DNA of 64,000 nucleotides from an uncultured Anaerolineaceae bacterium (GTDB lineage Bacteria; Chloroflexota; Anaerolineae; Anaerolineales; UBA11579): NCBI GenBank assembly GCA_964623375.1, contig CAZUTS010000001.1, positions 7,692 to 71,691 of the forward strand, read 5' to 3'. Shown piece by piece: positions 63,276 to 64,000 of this stretch (position 1 is its first letter; each line of letters starts with the position of its first letter). The notes under the pieces were generated by a model. It saw only the letters and a program-made list of their open reading frames with translations, ran no database searches and was not told where the DNA came from. The position numbers and the translations under genes were made by a program.

Positions 63276-64000
63276 ATGGACTACGACCCACAAACCCCTG
63301 ACCCCATAGCGCCGCCCGCCGCCGCGCGGCGCGGCTTTGCGTTTGACTCCAATAGGCTGCTGGCAACCCTGCGCCAGCCACGTAGCCTGGCGATCGCGGC
63401 TGCAATTGCTGGCGTACTGTTCGGCTGGCTGGTTATTGGCTGGTGGCTGTATCCGGTGGAATTCATTGATGGCAATCCCGCGCAGATGCGCGCCGATTAC
63501 CAGCAGAGCTACCTGCGTGCCGCCATCGACTCCTACACCTTGAACCCAGACGAGACCCTGGCACGCCAGCGCCTTGAGGCGCTGGGGGCTGCGGTAGATG
63601 GCACCATGGCTTCTGTAGCGGCCGCCCCCGGCAGCCAGAGTGTCGAGACCATCGCGCACTTCCAATCGATGCTTGGCAGCCAGCCGTCACAAGGTGGTGA
63701 AGCCACCGTGCAGCCCACACAGGCCCCCTCTGATGGTGGCGAGCAAAGCACCAGCCCAGCGCCGCAGCTATCGCGGCAGAGCTGGCTTGTCACTATGTGC
63801 GGTATCACGCTGGCATTGGGTGGCGTGCTGGCAGCGGTTACCTATCTCAAGAAGCGTCAGGGCGCTGCGGCGGCCTCGCCGTTTGGCCAACGCGGCAAAG
63901 TGCAGCCTAGCGCCGCTCCAGGCGCCATCGGTAACGATGCGTTGCCGCTCTCACAGTGGATGACCACCTACCTGATGGGTGACGATCTGTTCGATGACTC
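63276..64000 (+). CDS. hypothetical membrane protein (two TM segments), 3' end beyond the window
   Basis: Not in the track because it is open-ended. My translation is MDYDPQTPDPIAPP...LAIAAAIAGVLFGWLVIGWWLYPVEF...SWLVTMCGITLALGGVLAAVTYLKKRQ..., with no stop through position 64000. Confidence 0.45.
   Translation, partial: MDYDPQTPDPIAPPAAARRGFAFDSNRLLATLRQPRSLAIAAAIAGVLFGWLVIGWWLYPVEFIDGNPAQMRADYQQSYLRAAIDSYTLNPDETLARQRLEALGAAVDGTMASVAAAPGSQSVETIAHFQSMLGSQPSQGGEATVQPTQAPSDGGEQSTSPAPQLSRQSWLVTMCGITLALGGVLAAVTYLKKRQGAAAASPFGQRGKVQPSAAPGAIGNDALPLSQWMTTYLMGDDLFDD

Noticed and set aside
62950-63309. 119-aa plus-strand ORF running out of topA through the hairpin elements (…TVIPNEAEGRGGIL…)
   Set aside because: It is out of frame with topA and is translated from the REP-like inverted pair. 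It is typical of the spurious ORFs that such elements generate.

Overview
This is a GC-rich bacterial chromosomal window. I hand-counted roughly 70-78% GC on core-gene lines and about 42% in one island. Protein sequences and gene content suggest a Chloroflexota/Anaerolineae-like organism, which is inference only. I can support about 50 protein genes, one tRNA-Ser(CGA), several rho-independent terminators and three kinds of small repeats. All domain calls rest on motif recognition by eye, since no search tool was available. The many long antisense ORFs in the track are GC-driven shadows.

Most of the window is housekeeping:
- dnaK, a DEAD-box helicase and sbcD
- a long minus-strand operon of SLC13 permease, tgt, uppP, lipoprotein and rRNA methyltransferase
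- lat, recJ, yvcK-pgk-tpiA, upp, ruvB and queA
- pdp, degV, rpsP-KH-rimM, dprA, manC-like and topA

The best candidate for something undescribed is a compact minus-strand module at 50.5-54.4 kb:
- a MalT-like NTPase/TPR regulator with a C-terminal SARP domain
- a micro-ORF that is almost entirely four tandem 14-aa units (HPIGGGIGTGPxMN), conserved at the peptide level but not the DNA level
- a 71-aa protein that looks like a RiPP leader (NHLP/Nif11 clan) with no core
- a hairpin, followed by a PAS-multiGAF-HD-GYP protein
- no maturation enzyme nearby

Other points worth a second look:
- a MrfA/YprA-type helicase with an embedded HNH motif, separated from its MrfB-like exonuclease partner by an antisense P450
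- a dispersed stop-codon-proximal hairpin element family (GTCATT[CG]CGA...GA[AG]G[CA]AATC) with compensatory stem changes
- heptanucleotide tandem arrays
- an AT-rich island carrying a polytopic membrane protein
- a probable A-run frameshift
- an FHA-winged-helix regulator divergent from a Ser/Thr kinase
- a Gly/Asn-rich surface protein
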